Assembly: GCA_965235115.1 (NCBI GenBank) | Contig: OZ249446.1 | Coordinates: forward strand, 5,642,001-5,706,000 | Direction of reading: 5' to 3' | Source of the DNA: Laetmonice hystrix | Taxonomy: Eukaryota | Length of the DNA stretch: 64,000 nucleotides | Position numbers and translations under genes: made by a program | Shown: positions 62,600 through 64,000 of the stretch, one piece after another | How positions within the stretch are numbered: the first letter of the stretch is position 1 | Layout: the number at the start of each line of letters is the position of its first letter | Notes under the pieces: generated by a model | Seen by the model: only the letters and a program-made list of their open reading frames with translations | The model's database searches: none | Told to the model about the DNA's origin: nothing

Positions 62600-63768
62600 A
62601 ACCTCACAAACAGGGAGCAGTCATTGATCATGTACCTCCAGAACCTCACAAACAGGGAGCAGTCATTAACCATGTACCTCAACAACACAGGGAGCAGTCG
62701 TTTACCTCCAGAACCTCACAAACAGGGAGCAGTCATTTACCTCCAGAACCTCACAAACAGGGAGCAGTCATTTACCTCCAGAACCTCACAAACAGGGAGC
62801 AGTCATTAACTATGTACCTCCAGAACCTCACAAACAGGGAGCAGTCATTAACCATGTACCTCAACAACACAGGGAGCAGTCGTTTACCTCCAGAACCTCA
62901 CAAACAGGGAGCAGTCATTTACCTCCAGAACCTCACAAACAGGGAGCAGTCATTTACCTCCAGAACCTCACAAACAGGGAGCAGGCATTTACCTCCAGAA
63001 CCTCCCAAACAGGGAGCAGTCATTAACTATGTACCTCCAGAACCTCACAAACAGGGAGCAGTCATTAACCATGTACCTCCAGAACCTCACAAACAGGGAG
63101 CTGTCGTTAACCATGTACCTCCAGAACCTCACAAACAGGGAGCTGTCGTTAACCATGTACCTCCAGAACCTCACAAACAGGGAGCAGTCATTAACCATGT
63201 ACCTCCACAACACAGGGAGCAGTCATTTACCTCCAGAACCTCACAAACAGGGAGCAGTCATTTACCTCCAGAACCTCACAAACAGGGAGCAGGCATTTAC
63301 CTCCAGAACCTCCCAAACAGGGAGCAGTCATTAACTATGTACCTCCAGAACCTCACAAACAGGGAGCAGTCATTAACCATGTACCTCCAGAACCTCACAA
63401 ACAGGGAGCTGTCGTTAACCATGTACCTCCAGAACCTCACAAACAGGGAGCAGTCATTAACCATGTACCTCCACAACACAGGGAGCAGTCATTTACCTCC
63501 AGAACCTCACAAACAGGGAGCAGTCATTTACCTCCAGAACCTCACAAACAGGGAGCAGGCATTTACCTCCAGAACCTCCCAAACAGGGAGCAGTCATTAA
63601 CTATGTACCTCCAGAACCTCACAAACAGGGAGCAGTCATTAACCATGTACCTCCAGAACCTCACAAACAGGGAGCAGTCAATAACCATGTACCTCCAGAA
63701 CCTCACAAATAGGGAGCAGTCATTAACCATGTACCTCCAGAACCTCACAAACAGGGAGCTGTCATTGA
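62600..63768. repeat. Higher-order minisatellite (42-bp, 35-bp and truncated units)
   Basis: Core ACCTCCAGAACCTCACAAACAGGGAGCAGTCATT. The truncated CAACACAGGG unit recurs at ~62681, 62863, 63206 and 63472. Confidence 0.98.
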
Positions 63769-63850
63769 ACCACATGGCGAATGGCGTTTTCTTTTTTGAG
63801 ACGTCAGATGAAACTAACATGCTGGTACTCTGCGCAATGAATCCTTGTCT
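63735..63850 (-). CDS. Candidate exon (RQGFIAQSTSMLVSSDVSKKKTPFAMWFNDSSLFVRFW)
   Basis: Acceptor aacttgctgacAG; donor GAG|GTACAT lies in the first unit of the array; phase 0-2. Confidence 0.3.
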
Positions 63851-64000
63851 CTGTCAGCAAGTTACCAAGCACGTCCATGACCGCCCAGTCCCTGTCAATG
63901 TAAGACTAAGAGGGGGTGGATTCAAGGGTCGCCCAGTCGTGAACTGCAGTCACTCTGTTTATATAACATCATTTCATACTGCACACTTTGGTCAAAAGTC

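Overview
Repeat-rich eukaryotic (metazoan) genomic DNA. The SINE tails suggest a lophotrochozoan or mollusc-like animal, which is inference. I found no bacterial-type genes, rRNA, tRNA or CRISPR. About 13.8 kb (~21%, summed by hand) is made of ~18 mutually unrelated minisatellite arrays with 19-120 bp units, and almost every long ORF in the track is a by-product of these arrays. Between them lie non-autonomous TIR elements (Harbinger-like, Kolobok/piggyBac-like, TA-flanked), a tRNA-derived SINE, a Helitron-type 3' end, and decayed TE coding remnants (Ngaro/DIRS-type tyrosine recombinase, possibly Merlin). There are also many short candidate exons on both strands. I could not assign any to a known gene, so all are low confidence. 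The most notable pattern is that many arrays begin or end at a candidate exon boundary and their unit carries the splice site. In two cases, collapsing the array restores a continuous reading frame, which suggests introns made or extended by tandem amplification. This is a hypothesis that needs RNA-seq.
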